Source: Minisyncoccota bacterium
GTDB lineage: Bacteria; Patescibacteriota; Minisyncoccia; Phycocordibacterales; UBA1550
DNA: 64,000 nucleotides
Direction of reading: 5' to 3'
NCBI GenBank assembly: GCA_023229865.1
Contig: JALNYL010000004.1
Coordinates: forward strand, 17,773 to 81,772
Under the pieces are notes generated by a model. The model was not told the origin of the DNA, did no database searches, and worked only from the letters and a program-made list of their open reading frames with translations. Every line of letters starts with the position of its first letter. The stretch's first letter is position 1. The position numbers and the translations under genes were made by a program. This document shows, one piece after another, positions 1 to 10,513 of this stretch.

Positions 1-449
1 TTCTGAGCGAGTTCCTGGTAGTACGGTTGGGCTTCATGGAGCTCGGTGATGTAACACGGAAAGTGGATGTAGGTAGTTCCTTTCAGTGTGAGCATGGCGT
101 TTAGCCCGACCTCTCGAGTTGCATCGGTTCGTATGTCGGTTCGATAAATGATAGCCTTGCCTTTTGCGGCGAGGGCCAACCCGTATTCGACACACGTGCC
201 ACTGTCAGCGTCGGGACCATCCACGCAACCCACGTAGAGGTAAGTGCTCTCCTCTGCTGATTTTCGGCAGTGTTCTTTGATTCTTTCGAGTGCGGTGCGG
301 GGGAATGCTTCGATAAATTTTTTTGCATCGCGCTGAGGCAAAACGACACGATACCCCAAGTCCTTGAGATATCTTTCGAGATACAAGTTGTGAAGTCTTT
401 CACCTGCCCCGAATAATGGTGCCGCTAAATACAAGATTGTGTCTTTCAT
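1..449 (-). CDS. Nucleoside 2-deoxyribosyltransferase-like protein (partial, continues past window start)
   Basis: Minus-strand frame missed by the ORF track because it runs off the window edge. ATG at 449 is preceded by AAGGAGAG 7 nt upstream. Translation MKDTILYLAAPLFGAGERLHNLYLERYLKDLGYRVVLPQRD...GCVDGPDADSGTCVEYGLALAAKGKAIIYRTD resembles the deoxyribosyltransferase / DUF4406 fold. Confidence 0.5.
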   Translation of the reverse strand, partial: MKDTILYLAAPLFGAGERLHNLYLERYLKDLGYRVVLPQRDAKKFIEAFPRTALERIKEHCRKSAEESTYLYVGCVDGPDADSGTCVEYGLALAAKGKAIIYRTDIRTDATREVGLNAMLTLKGTTYIHFPCYITELHEAQPYYQELAQ

Positions 450-582
450 TATGCTCTCCTTTGGTTGTTTAAGCCTGAATTAACAGGGGACATTGCTGGG
501 GTCATATTGCCTCACGGTGGGTGAAAAGTCAAACCTGATTCGGTGTGCTACAATACATTCAACATTCGATATTCTATTCACT

Positions 583-2253
583 ATGACCCAAGACGAAGCA
601 TTTGAAATACTAAAAACAGGACGCAATGTCTTTGTGACAGGGCCTGCAGGGAGTGGGAAGACGCACCTCGTCAATCGCTACATTGCGTATCTCCGCGAGC
701 ACAATATCGATATCGGCATTACTGCGTCGACAGGGATTGCGGCTACGCACATGGGCGGCGTGACTATTCACTCGTGGGCAGGGATTGGTGTGGCGGCGCA
801 TCTCTCGCCGTACGACCTCGAGGCGATGCTTGAGAAGGGGTATCTCCATAAGCGTTTTGAAAAAGTGAAAGTGCTCATCATTGATGAGGTGTCGATGCTT
901 CACCATTTTCGTCTTGATTTGGTAAACAATGTGCTTAAAACGATGAAGCACTCATCGAAACCGTTTGGTGGTGTGCAAGTTATCTTGGTGGGAGATTTTT
1001 TCCAACTTCCGCCTATTGCGCGCATGGGAGAGCCCGAGGCGCGCTTTGTGTATGCGAGTGATGCGTGGAGGGAGGCTGGATTTACTATTTGTTATTTGTC
1101 GGAACAGTATCGTCAACAGGACGATGCGGCTATTTCAATCTTGAACGAGATTCGCGCAGGGCAAGTTTCTCCGCAGGCTCGTGCGCATTTGAAATCGCGC
1201 CACAATGTGCGATCGCCAAAGTTTACTACCTCAACAAAACTTTTTACGCACAACGCTGATGTGGATTCTTTGAATGACGACGAGCTCGATCGCATTCCTG
1301 ATAGTGAGGTCACTCAATACGAAATGACAACGCGTGGTAATGAAAAAATCGCAGCAACGCTCAAAAAGTCTTGTCTTGCCCCAGAATTTCTCCGCTTGAA
1401 ACCAGGTGCGCGTGTGATGTGTGTGAAAAACAATTTTGAAGCAGGGTATGTGAACGGCACGCTCGGCGTCGTCGTTGAGTGTGGAGAGATGGATGACCCT
1501 GTGATTCAGACTGCAAATGGAAAGACGATAACCATTTCGCGTGCATCTTGGAAGATTGAAGAGGACGGCAAGGTGAAAGCGGAGATTCTTCAATACCCAC
1601 TTCGTCTTGCGTGGGCAATCACCGTGCACAAGAGTCAGGGGATGAGCCTTGATGCAGTCGAGGTTGATCTCTCGAAATCATTTGAGCCAGGGATGGGGTA
1701 CGTGGCGCTTTCTCGTGTGCGCACGCTTGAGGGGCTCACGATTTTAGGAATCAATGAAAATGCGCTTCAGGTGCATAGCGAGGTGCGGGAACTTGATGCG
1801 GATTTCCGCGAGCTTTCGCGTGAGGCGCGGGAGAGTATGAAAAAGATTGACCCCAAAGAGCTCAAGCGTGAGCAGGAGGAATTTCTCGCGCGTTCAAAGC
1901 CACCAGAAAAAGAAAAGAAGCTTCCCACTCACAAAGAGACTGAGCTCCTTATCGCCGAGAAAAAAAGTCTCGCAGAAATTGCAGAGGCACGTGGTATGAC
2001 CGTGGAGACTATTATTTCACATATTGAAAAACTTATAGAAGAAGAGTCTCGCACATCGATGGAGTATTTGAAATTTGAAATTTCTCGTCCGCATTTTTTG
2101 AAAATAGAGAAGGCGATTGAAGAACTTCAGAAAGAGGGGAAAGTACTCCTCCTCTCTCCAATAAAAAACAAAGTCGGCCCCAATGTGTCATTTCTTCATA
2201 TCCGTCTTGCGCGAGCGCTTTTAGGGCACACACCAAAAGGCGAAGGGAAATAA
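583..2253 (+). CDS. PIF1/RecD-family ATP-dependent DNA helicase with C-terminal HTH-like domain
   Basis: Walker A GPAGSGKTH and Walker B LIIDEVSM are present, with the QLPPI motif and a C-terminal helicase/HTH region (LAEIAEARGMTVETIISHIEKL). Start chosen at the internal ATG at 583 (MTQDEAFEIL). An extended -10 TGCTACAAT lies at about 548-556. Confidence 0.7.
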   Translation: MTQDEAFEILKTGRNVFVTGPAGSGKTHLVNRYIAYLREHNIDIGITASTGIAATHMGGVTIHSWAGIGVAAHLSPYDLEAMLEKGYLHKRFEKVKVLIIDEVSMLHHFRLDLVNNVLKTMKHSSKPFGGVQVILVGDFFQLPPIARMGEPEARFVYASDAWREAGFTICYLSEQYRQQDDAAISILNEIRAGQVSPQARAHLKSRHNVRSPKFTTSTKLFTHNADVDSLNDDELDRIPDSEVTQYEMTTRGNEKIAATLKKSCLAPEFLRLKPGARVMCVKNNFEAGYVNGTLGVVVECGEMDDPVIQTANGKTITISRASWKIEEDGKVKAEILQYPLRLAWAITVHKSQGMSLDAVEVDLSKSFEPGMGYVALSRVRTLEGLTILGINENALQVHSEVRELDADFRELSREARESMKKIDPKELKREQEEFLARSKPPEKEKKLPTHKETELLIAEKKSLAEIAEARGMTVETIISHIEKLIEEESRTSMEYLKFEISRPHFLKIEKAIEELQKEGKVLLLSPIKNKVGPNVSFLHIRLARALLGHTPKGEGK

Positions 2254-2305
2254 AATTGCTATTTGGGCGCAATTCTGGTAGGTTGTCGGAGGAAAGGAGG
2301 TCCAC

Positions 2306-2707
2306 ATGGCCTTACGTACGAAGTGTATTTTTGATCCAAAGGAAAAAGACGATGGTCTCCGCGTTTCGATAATGCGGAGCCATAACAATCCTGACGGAGT
2401 AACCCCAGACTCGAGAATCCAAAAAGATTTGTTTAATCGGCATCTCTCGAACCTTGCTCCATCCGAAGAGCTCCTCGGCCAGTTTCATCGCCGACGAGTA
2501 GCTTGGGAGGAGTTTGAAAAGCGATTTTCCTGGGAACTAGAACTTGGTGACAATCCCGTGACGTTGCGAGAAATAGCAAAAATATCGTTGCGCACCAATG
2601 TAACCATTTTGTCTGTTGAACGCGATTCCCGCTTTTCGCATCGACGTGTTGTGGCAGACAAGTGCCAGCAACTTGTTCCCGGTATTCTTGTTGAACACTA
2701 CATATAA
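2306..2707 (+). CDS. DUF488 (YeaO-like) family protein
   Basis: IFDPKEKDDGLRVSIMRSHNNPD...APSEELLGQFHRRRVAWEEFEKRF matches the YeaO/DUF488 pattern. A strong SD (AAAGGAGG) lies upstream. Confidence 0.55.
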   Translation: MALRTKCIFDPKEKDDGLRVSIMRSHNNPDGVTPDSRIQKDLFNRHLSNLAPSEELLGQFHRRRVAWEEFEKRFSWELELGDNPVTLREIAKISLRTNVTILSVERDSRFSHRRVVADKCQQLVPGILVEHYI

Positions 2708-2708
2708 C

Positions 2709-2748
2709 CAGCCCGCACCCGGACTTTACAGTCCGGGTGTTTTTGTTG
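2709..2748 (+). terminator. Rho-independent terminator hairpin
   Basis: CACCCGGACT-ttac-AGTCCGGGTG followed by a T-run. Confidence 0.5.
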
Positions 2749-2900
2749 TGTGCTGTATTTTGCCGTAATGTTTCTGGAGACGGTGCGTCATTAGTAATAG
2801 ACAGCCTACACAGACCCACCCTGACAGAATCCGCACAAGCGACTTCGTCAGGGCGAATCTGTTTTCGTTCATTCAAAGCACAAATTGAGAGGAGATTATT

Positions 2901-3590
2901 ATGCTCGCAACCATCACTGGAAGATTTTTAAAATTCCAGAGTGAGGTGTTGCCGCGTTTTGCAACCTCCTCTGTGAAGACACCTTCGCGTACCAACGCAG
3001 AGCAAGAGAAGGGAGTGTGCCTTGTGAAAGAAGAAGAGTTTGCTTCCATTGGCGCTTTCGTTAAGCGTTTGGTCCCGCATGCTTCGCATTTGTCACACAT
3101 TTTTGATTATTTGCCGAAGGTTTATCATGATCTTGCAACGGCAGAAATCGCAAAAGAAAACGGCGCAGTGTCTGATTCCGTCGGTGCGACCGACGGAGAA
3201 TACACACTCTCGGCTGACATAAGCACCAACTCCCTTTACGCACTCAACGAGGCTGATGTCTCGATTGTGGAGCTCGACGGCGAGGGGCGTGCTATGTTTT
3301 GCAAAAAGCTCGTGTATGCCGCGGAGCGCGTGGTGATCAGTTGTCACTCGTGCTACCATTTTGCGGACGTGCGATACTTGATGCACCTCGTGGACCACCT
3401 TGATGAAGTCCCGCGTATTATGAAAAACGGCAAAGGAAATATCTTTGCGGGAACCATAATCACGGTGGGGGATACTCACTATGTCCCCGTGGCTAAATTC
3501 TCAGATGGTACCTTCGAGGTCGAGTTGATCTCGTTCGACTCTAAACTTGAGAACGTAGCGCAATTTGTGATTATTGAAAGAAATCGTTAA
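2901..3590 (+). CDS. Hypothetical protein (tandem paralog A of the 3734 gene)
   Basis: SD GAGAGGAG upstream. C-terminal block DVRYLMHLVDHLDEVPRIMKNGKGNIFAGT is shared with the next gene (DVRHLMYLMDHLEEVPETLKSGKANVFAGT). Followed by hairpin terminator TGCGACA-gggcctaggccg-TGTCGCA plus T-run at 3591-3623. Confidence 0.5.
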   Translation: MLATITGRFLKFQSEVLPRFATSSVKTPSRTNAEQEKGVCLVKEEEFASIGAFVKRLVPHASHLSHIFDYLPKVYHDLATAEIAKENGAVSDSVGATDGEYTLSADISTNSLYALNEADVSIVELDGEGRAMFCKKLVYAAERVVISCHSCYHFADVRYLMHLVDHLDEVPRIMKNGKGNIFAGTIITVGDTHYVPVAKFSDGTFEVELISFDSKLENVAQFVIIERNR

Positions 3591-3733
3591 TGCGACAGGG
3601 CCTAGGCCGTGTCGCATTTTTTCTTTTTATCGAAGCGGGGTGAATCTTGACATATCTCATAATTGTGTGTTAGCATCCTGTTTAGATGAACCATATTGGT
3701 TCTTTCAAAAAACACGAAATGGAGGGTTTTTAA

Positions 3734-4489
3734 ATGAGCACACCTGAAGATACATCTGTTCTCGCTCCGCGTCCTCCGGGCTCGCGGATCAAAAATGCAT
3801 ACCCAATGATCGGGCCCGGTTCTCGGCAACCCAGCGAACCCGAACCCATCCTCGAAAAATCAGCCCCCTCTCCTTCGGGAAGGGAACAGCTGCGTGCAAT
3901 CAATAAGTATGTCGATTGCTTGATTCGTTTCTGTTATCACAACTGTCCGATCAAGATGCTTGCGGTGCCCATGTTGGTGCCGTCCCCGCTTGGCTGGTAC
4001 TCTCGCCTTGTCAGTGATATGGTTGAAGTAGAGCGAATGATGGGGAAGACACTCTCGGATTCAAAGGCTTTTGAATTGAAGCCCGAAGAAGAACACTGGG
4101 GTGGATATACCCTCACGGAAGGGTTGTTCAACACTCCCTTGAGTGATGTCATCTACTACCGTGTTTCAGTCGACGCTGTTTCCTGGAGAACGGGGGCGAA
4201 TTGTGTGGGGAAACTCATCAAGGTTGCCCGTGATTCGATAATGAAGAACAGTGTGAATCACTTCATCTCGGATGTCCGTCACTTGATGTATCTGATGGAT
4301 CACCTCGAAGAAGTCCCTGAAACTCTCAAGAGCGGAAAGGCAAACGTCTTCGCGGGTACGACGGTGATGATCGGCTCTACCCCTCATGTGATTGCTGCTA
4401 CGTGGAATGGAACGTCTTTTGACAACAAGTTCCTTCCGCTCTGGCAAAATCTCAAAGAAGACATCCAGATCGTGATGATTCGTAAGTAA
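3734..4489 (+). CDS. Hypothetical protein (tandem paralog B) with low-complexity N-terminus
   Basis: SD GGAGGG upstream. Shares its C-terminal domain with the 2901 gene. N-terminus is Pro/Ser rich. Confidence 0.5.
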   Translation: MSTPEDTSVLAPRPPGSRIKNAYPMIGPGSRQPSEPEPILEKSAPSPSGREQLRAINKYVDCLIRFCYHNCPIKMLAVPMLVPSPLGWYSRLVSDMVEVERMMGKTLSDSKAFELKPEEEHWGGYTLTEGLFNTPLSDVIYYRVSVDAVSWRTGANCVGKLIKVARDSIMKNSVNHFISDVRHLMYLMDHLEEVPETLKSGKANVFAGTTVMIGSTPHVIAATWNGTSFDNKFLPLWQNLKEDIQIVMIRK

Positions 4490-4549
4490 TACAAGCGCGA
4501 GCCCTCCTGGGGCCCGCGCTTTTTGTTTTGCGCGTGGTATTATATATGC

Positions 4550-6907
4550 ATGGCAAAGACACAATATGTTTGTCCGATGCATCCCGAAATCGTGCGTGAT
4601 GTCCCTGGGGTTTGCCCGTTGTGCGGGATGACGCTTGTGCCTATTCAAAATACTCAAACATACAAAATCAAAGGAATGCGTTGCGCGGGGTGCGCGGGGA
4701 CTATTGAAAAAACATTAAAGAAAACAGAAGGGGTGCACACAGCGGAGGCCAACTACGGCAATGAATCACTGCGTGTCTCTTTTGATCCTACTCAAACAAA
4801 CTTTGAAACATTTTCTCACCATCTTGAGCCACTCGGTTACACCCTTGCGGCAGAAGACCACTCTTTGCATACCGGGATCAATCAATCAAAACAAGAAAAA
4901 CTTTCTGAACTCGCACAGATGAAACGCACGCTCCTCGTCGCTCTTCCTCTTGCAACGTTGAGTATCGTCGCAATGGTTTGGGATATTGTTGTGGGGCTCA
5001 ATATCTTCCCTGAGATGCCATACGGAGTTCTCGGTGTTTTTGATAAAGCGCTCCCGCTTATCGCGACATACATACTTTTTGTGGTGGGGAAGCCATACCT
5101 CGTTGGTTTTTATCGTTTTGTTCGTCATGGCCACGCGACGATGGACACGCTTGTAGGGATGGGGACCTCGGTCGCTTATCTCTATAGTATCGTCGTTACA
5201 TTTTGGGGAGAATCATTACAGCGCTACATAGGAGCAAGTCATACTTATTATGATGTCACGATTATTGTGATTACGTTTGTCGCGCTCGGAAAATATCTCG
5301 AAGCCCGCTCGAAACTCCACATGGGAGACGCGATTGAAAAATTATTAAATCTCCAAGCAAAGACGGCACTCATAATTCGTGACGGGGTTGCGGCGGAAGT
5401 TTCTGTTTTTTTGGTTAAGCACGGAGACCTCGTTGCGGTAAAACCCGGCTCGCGCATCCCCGTAGATGGGGTCCTCACCGAGGGCTCCTCGTTTGTTGAT
5501 GAGTCGATGATCACGGGAGAATCGATGCCTGTCGAAAAAAGGGTTGGTGATCGCGTCGTGGCGGGGACCATAAACACAAGTGGCGCGTTTGTGTTTAGCG
5601 TTACCAAGGTTGGTGCCGAAACAGTTCTTGCTCACATTATTAAAATGGTTGAAAACGCGCAGGGGAGCCGAGCGCCGATTCAGTCTCTCGCCGACAAGAT
5701 TTCTGCAATCTTTGTTCCCTCAGTGCTTGTCGTCGCACTCCTTTCGCTCGCTGTCTGGGTTTTGTTTTTTGCGAACACGTTTGGTTTCTCTCGTGCGCTT
5801 TCGTATGGTCTGACTGCGTTTGTGGGAGTCCTTGTGATTTCTTGCCCATGCGCTCTTGGGCTCGCTACCCCTACCGCGATTATTGTGGGAGTGGGGAAGG
5901 GTGCTCGCGAGGGTATCCTTATAAAAGACGCAGCAACGCTTGAGAAACTTTATAATGTTGATACGGTTATCGTCGACAAGACGGGGACGATCACAAGAGG
6001 AAAGCCAGAATTTTTATCTCTCAAAAATTATTCAAATCAACGTGATGAGGATGTCCTCGCCATCCTCGCGACACTCGAGAGCAAATCCGAGCATCCTGTC
6101 GCGCACGCGATTTTGCAGCACGCAGCTTCGCAGGGGATTACTATTCTCCCTGTTGAGAATTTCGAAAGTAGTAGTGGGCAAGGGGTTCATGCGCGAGTTC
6201 TTGGTGAAGAATATTTTGCGGGCAACGTAGCGTTTGTCGCTGCTCTAGGAATTGCTTTTAACGAAAGTTCCCTAAAGGAAGAAACAGCAAAAGGAGCGAC
6301 CCCTGTTATTTTGTTTACCAAAAAAGAAGTCATTGCGGTAGCGTTTGTTGCTGATAGGGTTAAGGACGAAGCAAGTGCTGCGGTGGGGGACCTTCGCAAA
6401 AAAGGTATTCGCGTGATTATGGTTACGGGCGACGACATGGACACCGCGCACACAATTGCCCGCGAGGTTGGTATTGATGAATTCTTCGCCAATATTTCTC
6501 CTGAGGGGAAGCTTTCAAAAATCAAAGAGCTTCAAGATGAAGGTCGTGTCGTGGCGATGGCAGGGGATGGGATAAACGACGCGCCTGCTCTTGCTCAGGC
6601 TGATGTGGGTATTGCGATGAGTACGGGGACCGATGTCGCGATCGAGACCGCAGGCCTTACACTTCTCAATGGAGATATTTCGAAGCTCGTAAAAGCAGTG
6701 CGTCTTTCTCGCGCAACAATGCGTGTTATCAAACAAAATCTATTTTGGGCATTTATTTTTAATCTCATCGGGATTCCTCTCGCCGCGGGGTTGTTCTATC
6801 CGATTTTTGGATGGCTCCTCAGTCCTGTGTTTGCGGGGACGGCGATGGCGTTCTCGAGTGTCCTCGTGGTTACCAACTCCCTTCGCCTCAACGCAAAATC
6901 AATCTGA
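4550..6907 (+). CDS. copA: Copper-translocating P-type ATPase (P1B) with N-terminal CPxH/YHS-like and HMA metal-binding domains
   Basis: YVCPMHPE...CPLCGM, HMA GMRCAGC, the transmembrane CPC motif, DKTGT phosphorylation site and GDGIND hinge. Start taken at the ATG at 4550 ([13 protein letters not shown]). Confidence 0.9.
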   Translation: MAKTQYVCPMHPEIVRDVPGVCPLCGMTLVPIQNTQTYKIKGMRCAGCAGTIEKTLKKTEGVHTAEANYGNESLRVSFDPTQTNFETFSHHLEPLGYTLAAEDHSLHTGINQSKQEKLSELAQMKRTLLVALPLATLSIVAMVWDIVVGLNIFPEMPYGVLGVFDKALPLIATYILFVVGKPYLVGFYRFVRHGHATMDTLVGMGTSVAYLYSIVVTFWGESLQRYIGASHTYYDVTIIVITFVALGKYLEARSKLHMGDAIEKLLNLQAKTALIIRDGVAAEVSVFLVKHGDLVAVKPGSRIPVDGVLTEGSSFVDESMITGESMPVEKRVGDRVVAGTINTSGAFVFSVTKVGAETVLAHIIKMVENAQGSRAPIQSLADKISAIFVPSVLVVALLSLAVWVLFFANTFGFSRALSYGLTAFVGVLVISCPCALGLATPTAIIVGVGKGAREGILIKDAATLEKLYNVDTVIVDKTGTITRGKPEFLSLKNYSNQRDEDVLAILATLESKSEHPVAHAILQHAASQGITILPVENFESSSGQGVHARVLGEEYFAGNVAFVAALGIAFNESSLKEETAKGATPVILFTKKEVIAVAFVADRVKDEASAAVGDLRKKGIRVIMVTGDDMDTAHTIAREVGIDEFFANISPEGKLSKIKELQDEGRVVAMAGDGINDAPALAQADVGIAMSTGTDVAIETAGLTLLNGDISKLVKAVRLSRATMRVIKQNLFWAFIFNLIGIPLAAGLFYPIFGWLLSPVFAGTAMAFSSVLVVTNSLRLNAKSI

Positions 6908-6985
6908 GTTGCTGGTGATTACGGGATGTAGTACTCTGTGGTGAGTTAAGTCTTATTGTTCCTCACACTCTCTTAGGGAGGTCAT

Positions 6986-7195
6986 ATGGATGACAGACTG
7001 TGGATGGCCCTTTTGGGGATGCTGGTTTTCACGGTTTCTTTGTTTGTGTTTGTTGTTACACACTTTATCTTTGATCCACGACTGATTGTGCTTTCATACT
7101 TCTTGATTCCTATTGTGTGGGTTTCGGCATGCTGGTTCCTCTCATTCTTCCGGATACGCACCTCTTTTCTCAAGAACATTTTCCCATTGTTCTAA
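6986..7195 (+). CDS. Small two-TM membrane protein (hypothetical)
   Basis: Strong SD GGGAGG 6 nt upstream. Two hydrophobic helices. Followed by hairpin CCCCG...CGGGG plus T-run at about 7197-7233. Confidence 0.35.
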   Translation: MDDRLWMALLGMLVFTVSLFVFVVTHFIFDPRLIVLSYFLIPIVWVSACWFLSFFRIRTSFLKNIFPLF

Positions 7196-7310
7196 CCCCG
7201 TCATGAAATAGTGGCGGGGTTTGTTTTTGCCAGTTTTCCATTGCGGTTATTATTCGTTCCGTTGTATAATATACGTATTACTGGAAGTAGTTTTTAATAG
7301 ATAATTTTAT

Positions 7311-8597
7311 ATGAAAAAGCCCCACGTAGTTGTGCTCGGTGGAAACTTTGCAGGTATGGGTAGCGCCCAGAAGATTCGTGAGTATGCAGGAAATGCGGTA
7401 GATATTACCGTTATTGATCGCAAGGATTATTTGCTTTTCGTTCCCAATATTCCGAATGAAGTTCTCGAAAACAGAGACCCTCAGGACTCTTTGAAGATGG
7501 ACATCCCATCAACACTCAAGAGAGATGGAATCAATTTTATTCAAGCAGAAGTTACTGGACTTGATGTAGACAAAAAGACCGTGACGTATGTACCAGCAGA
7601 GCGTCCGGGTGCGGAGGCTCATTCAATGGCATACGACTATGTTGTCGTTGCTGTCGGATGTCGTCTTGCTTTCGACAAGATTCCTGGTTTCGCTGAGTAC
7701 GGTGATACGGTTGCGGATTTTTATCACGGCAATCGTTTGCGCGCAAAGCTCCACAATGGTGGCTACAAGGGTGGACCGATTGTTATCGGTTCAGCACTTT
7801 GGCATCAGGGAGATGGGGCGAAGGATGTAAAGCCTTACGGCACTGGAAGTATCCCTGCAGCCCTTGCTGCATGTGAAGGTCCAACCGTGGAAATGGCACT
7901 TTCAATGGCTACATGGCTCCAGAATCACAACATGGGGGATGCGAAGAAAATCACCATCACAACTCCCGCTGAAGTCATCGCAGAGGATGCGGGCGAGAAG
8001 GTTGTGGGGACGCTTCTTGGGGCCGCAGGAGCTATGGGCTTCAACTATGTAAACAATACCCGCGATATCGTACGTCTCACGGAGACTCACATTGAGTTTG
8101 AAGGAGGCCAGAAGATTGAAGCGGAGATTAAGGTTATTTTCCCAGACTGGGAAGCGTACAAGTTCCTTCAGGGTCTTCCTATTTCTGACAACAAGGGCTT
8201 TGTGATTACTGACCTCCTTATGCGTAACCCAAAGTACCCTGAGGTATTCGCAGCAGGAGACTGTGCAGCGGTGACCGTGCCAAAGCTTGGCTCAATCGGG
8301 CACGAAGAATGTGAAATCGTTGGACGCCAGATCGCAGCAGCGGTGGGTAAGATGACCCCCGAAAAGGCAAATACACCTCTCAATCCGGTAGTACTCTGTC
8401 TTGGTGATATGGGAAATTCAAAAGCATTCTACATTCGTTCAAACTCTTGGTTTGGAGGGCCAACACAGGAACTTCGTTTTGGTCGTAGAAACTTCTTCCT
8501 TAAGATGCGCTACCGCGATCTCTTCTTCTGGGGTAAGGGCAAGACTCCTTCATGGGGAAATAAATTTGCCACATGGCTCGCAGAAGTTCTTAAGTAA
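7311..8597 (+). CDS. FAD-dependent pyridine nucleotide-disulfide oxidoreductase (sulfide:quinone reductase / NDH-2-like)
   Basis: N-terminal Rossmann HVVVLGGNFAGMGSA and a second dinucleotide motif FAAGDCAAV. Extended -10 TGTATAAT at about 7263-7270. Confidence 0.6.
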   Translation: MKKPHVVVLGGNFAGMGSAQKIREYAGNAVDITVIDRKDYLLFVPNIPNEVLENRDPQDSLKMDIPSTLKRDGINFIQAEVTGLDVDKKTVTYVPAERPGAEAHSMAYDYVVVAVGCRLAFDKIPGFAEYGDTVADFYHGNRLRAKLHNGGYKGGPIVIGSALWHQGDGAKDVKPYGTGSIPAALAACEGPTVEMALSMATWLQNHNMGDAKKITITTPAEVIAEDAGEKVVGTLLGAAGAMGFNYVNNTRDIVRLTETHIEFEGGQKIEAEIKVIFPDWEAYKFLQGLPISDNKGFVITDLLMRNPKYPEVFAAGDCAAVTVPKLGSIGHEECEIVGRQIAAAVGKMTPEKANTPLNPVVLCLGDMGNSKAFYIRSNSWFGGPTQELRFGRRNFFLKMRYRDLFFWGKGKTPSWGNKFATWLAEVLK

Positions 8598-8611
8598 AGA
8601 AACTTCGATAT

Positions 8612-8657
8612 AAAACACACCGCCCGCGATTCAGCCGAATCGCGGGCGGTGTGTTTT
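8612..8657 (+). terminator. Bidirectional terminator hairpin with GATTCAGCCGAATC core
   Basis: AAAACACACCGCCCGCGATTCAGCCGAATCGCGGGCGGTGTGTTTT, a perfect palindrome flanked by A and T runs. Confidence 0.6.
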
Positions 8658-8743
8658 TGCTATTCCCTCGGGTGTATACTATAGGTAGTGAAATATAACA
8701 GCGTGCACAGGTGTAGTAGTTTGTGTAATCCTATAAATATACA

Positions 8744-10504
8744 ATGAATAATTTTTTACAAACGAAGGTTGATTGGGCTAGGGCACACAAGAAGACTGCG
8801 GCAGTTGCGAGCATCCTTGTTTTAGGTGGGGGATATTTTCTTTACGGGGCAGTCTTTTCTTCGACAAGCACCGAGACGCGCTATGTCCTTGGGGCAGTAA
8901 CCAAGGGAACTATCATCTCTTCTGTTTCTGCGAGTGGGCAGGTTTCTGCTTCAAATCAGCTCTCGATTCAGCCAAAAGTTTCAGGAGAAATTATCTCTAT
9001 CAATGTTCTCCCTAATCAAAAAGTAACAGCAGGAACCGTCATCGCGGTTCTCGACTCTACTACTGCACAAAAGAATGTACGCGACGCCGAGGTAAATCTC
9101 GAAAGCGCGCAGCTTTCTCTTGAAAAACTCAAGAAGCCGACTGACGCCCTCTCGCTCATTCAGGCAGAGAACGCACTCGCGCAAGCCGAAGTTACGCTTG
9201 AAAAATCATACGACGATGGTTTCAACTCGGTCTCAAATGCGTTCCTTGCGCTCCCTGATGTGATGACAGGACTTCAGGATATTCTTTATGGTCTGACGGT
9301 GAGTTCGTCTCGTTCGCAGGACAATATTTCTGCATACGCTGATATGGTGAGTTCGTACGATAGTAATGTGACGAGATTTAGTAATGATGCAGCAGCCAAG
9401 TACAAGACGGCACGTACCGCGTATGATGCGACCTATCTCAAATATCGCTCACTTACACGCACCGCAAGCAAACAAGACGTTGAAGATTTGATTCTTGAGA
9501 CGTACAACACGACGAAGGTTGTTGCTGATGCGGTAAAGAGCACCAACGATCTCCTTGGTTTCGTGGAAGACAAGCTCACGATTCAGAGTCGTACGATTCC
9601 TGCAATCCTCAGCACACACCAAAATCAAACATCGACCTACACCTCAAACACCAATTCGCATCTCCTCACGCTTCTCGCTATCAAAAACACTATTATCTCA
9701 GCGAAGTATTCAATCGCAGAGAAGACGCAATCCCTCGCCGACCTCAAAGCAGGGACAGACCCTCTCGATATTAAGTCAGCGGAGCTTACCCTCACGCAGC
9801 GCAAGAATACGCTCGCTGATGCAAAAGCAACTCTTGCGGACTATTACGTGCGTGCGCCGTTTGACGGAACAGTCGCTTCTCTCGGTGTGAAAAAATATGA
9901 TACCGCATCTTCGGGTACAGAAATCGCAACACTCCTTACGAGCCAGCGCGTTGCCGAGCTCTCTCTCAATGAAGTCGATGCAGCAAAAGTGAGCGTCGGG
10001 GCGAAGGCTACACTCACCTTTGATGCTATCGAAGACCTCACCCTCACAGGGCAGATTGCAGAAGTGGATACTATTGGAGCAGTGACGAGCGGGGTGGTGT
10101 CGTATTCAATCAAAATTGGTTTCGATAGTCAGGATGAGCGCGTGAAGCCAGGAATGACCGTAAACGCGTCTATCCAAACAGCAGTGAAACAAGACGTCCT
10201 CATGGTGCCATCAGGCGCAGTGAAAACTCAGAACGAAGTAAGCCGTGCGCAAGTATTTTCTCCAGCACTCGCGACAACAGGAGGAACACAAGGGGTTACT
10301 TCAGATACGCTTCCTGTGTCTGTTGAAGTGACCGTCGGTATTTCTGATGACACCAATGTAGAAATTTTGTCAGGACTCAAAGAAGGGGATCAGGTTGTGG
10401 TGCGAACTATTTCAGGGGCAACAGCCGCAAAAACAACCACAACAACCTCGAGGACAAACACACAGGGTGGGCCTAGTGTGGGAGGTGCACTTCGAGGATT
10501 CTAA
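8744..10504 (+). CDS. HlyD-family periplasmic adaptor subunit of tripartite efflux pump (MacA-like)
   Basis: N-terminal TM, long coiled-coil region and C-terminal beta-barrel-like region (VPSGAV). First gene of a three-gene operon ending with ABC ATPase and FtsX-like permease. Confidence 0.7.
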   Translation: MNNFLQTKVDWARAHKKTAAVASILVLGGGYFLYGAVFSSTSTETRYVLGAVTKGTIISSVSASGQVSASNQLSIQPKVSGEIISINVLPNQKVTAGTVIAVLDSTTAQKNVRDAEVNLESAQLSLEKLKKPTDALSLIQAENALAQAEVTLEKSYDDGFNSVSNAFLALPDVMTGLQDILYGLTVSSSRSQDNISAYADMVSSYDSNVTRFSNDAAAKYKTARTAYDATYLKYRSLTRTASKQDVEDLILETYNTTKVVADAVKSTNDLLGFVEDKLTIQSRTIPAILSTHQNQTSTYTSNTNSHLLTLLAIKNTIISAKYSIAEKTQSLADLKAGTDPLDIKSAELTLTQRKNTLADAKATLADYYVRAPFDGTVASLGVKKYDTASSGTEIATLLTSQRVAELSLNEVDAAKVSVGAKATLTFDAIEDLTLTGQIAEVDTIGAVTSGVVSYSIKIGFDSQDERVKPGMTVNASIQTAVKQDVLMVPSGAVKTQNEVSRAQVFSPALATTGGTQGVTSDTLPVSVEVTVGISDDTNVEILSGLKEGDQVVVRTISGATAAKTTTTTSRTNTQGGPSVGGALRGF

Positions 10505-10513
10505 ACATTCTCT

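Noticed and set aside
101-403. 100-aa minus-strand ORF from the track
   Set aside because: It lies in a different frame over a longer, SD-initiated minus-strand gene (1-449) whose translation gives a coherent deoxyribosyltransferase-like protein. The 100-aa product looks like frame noise.
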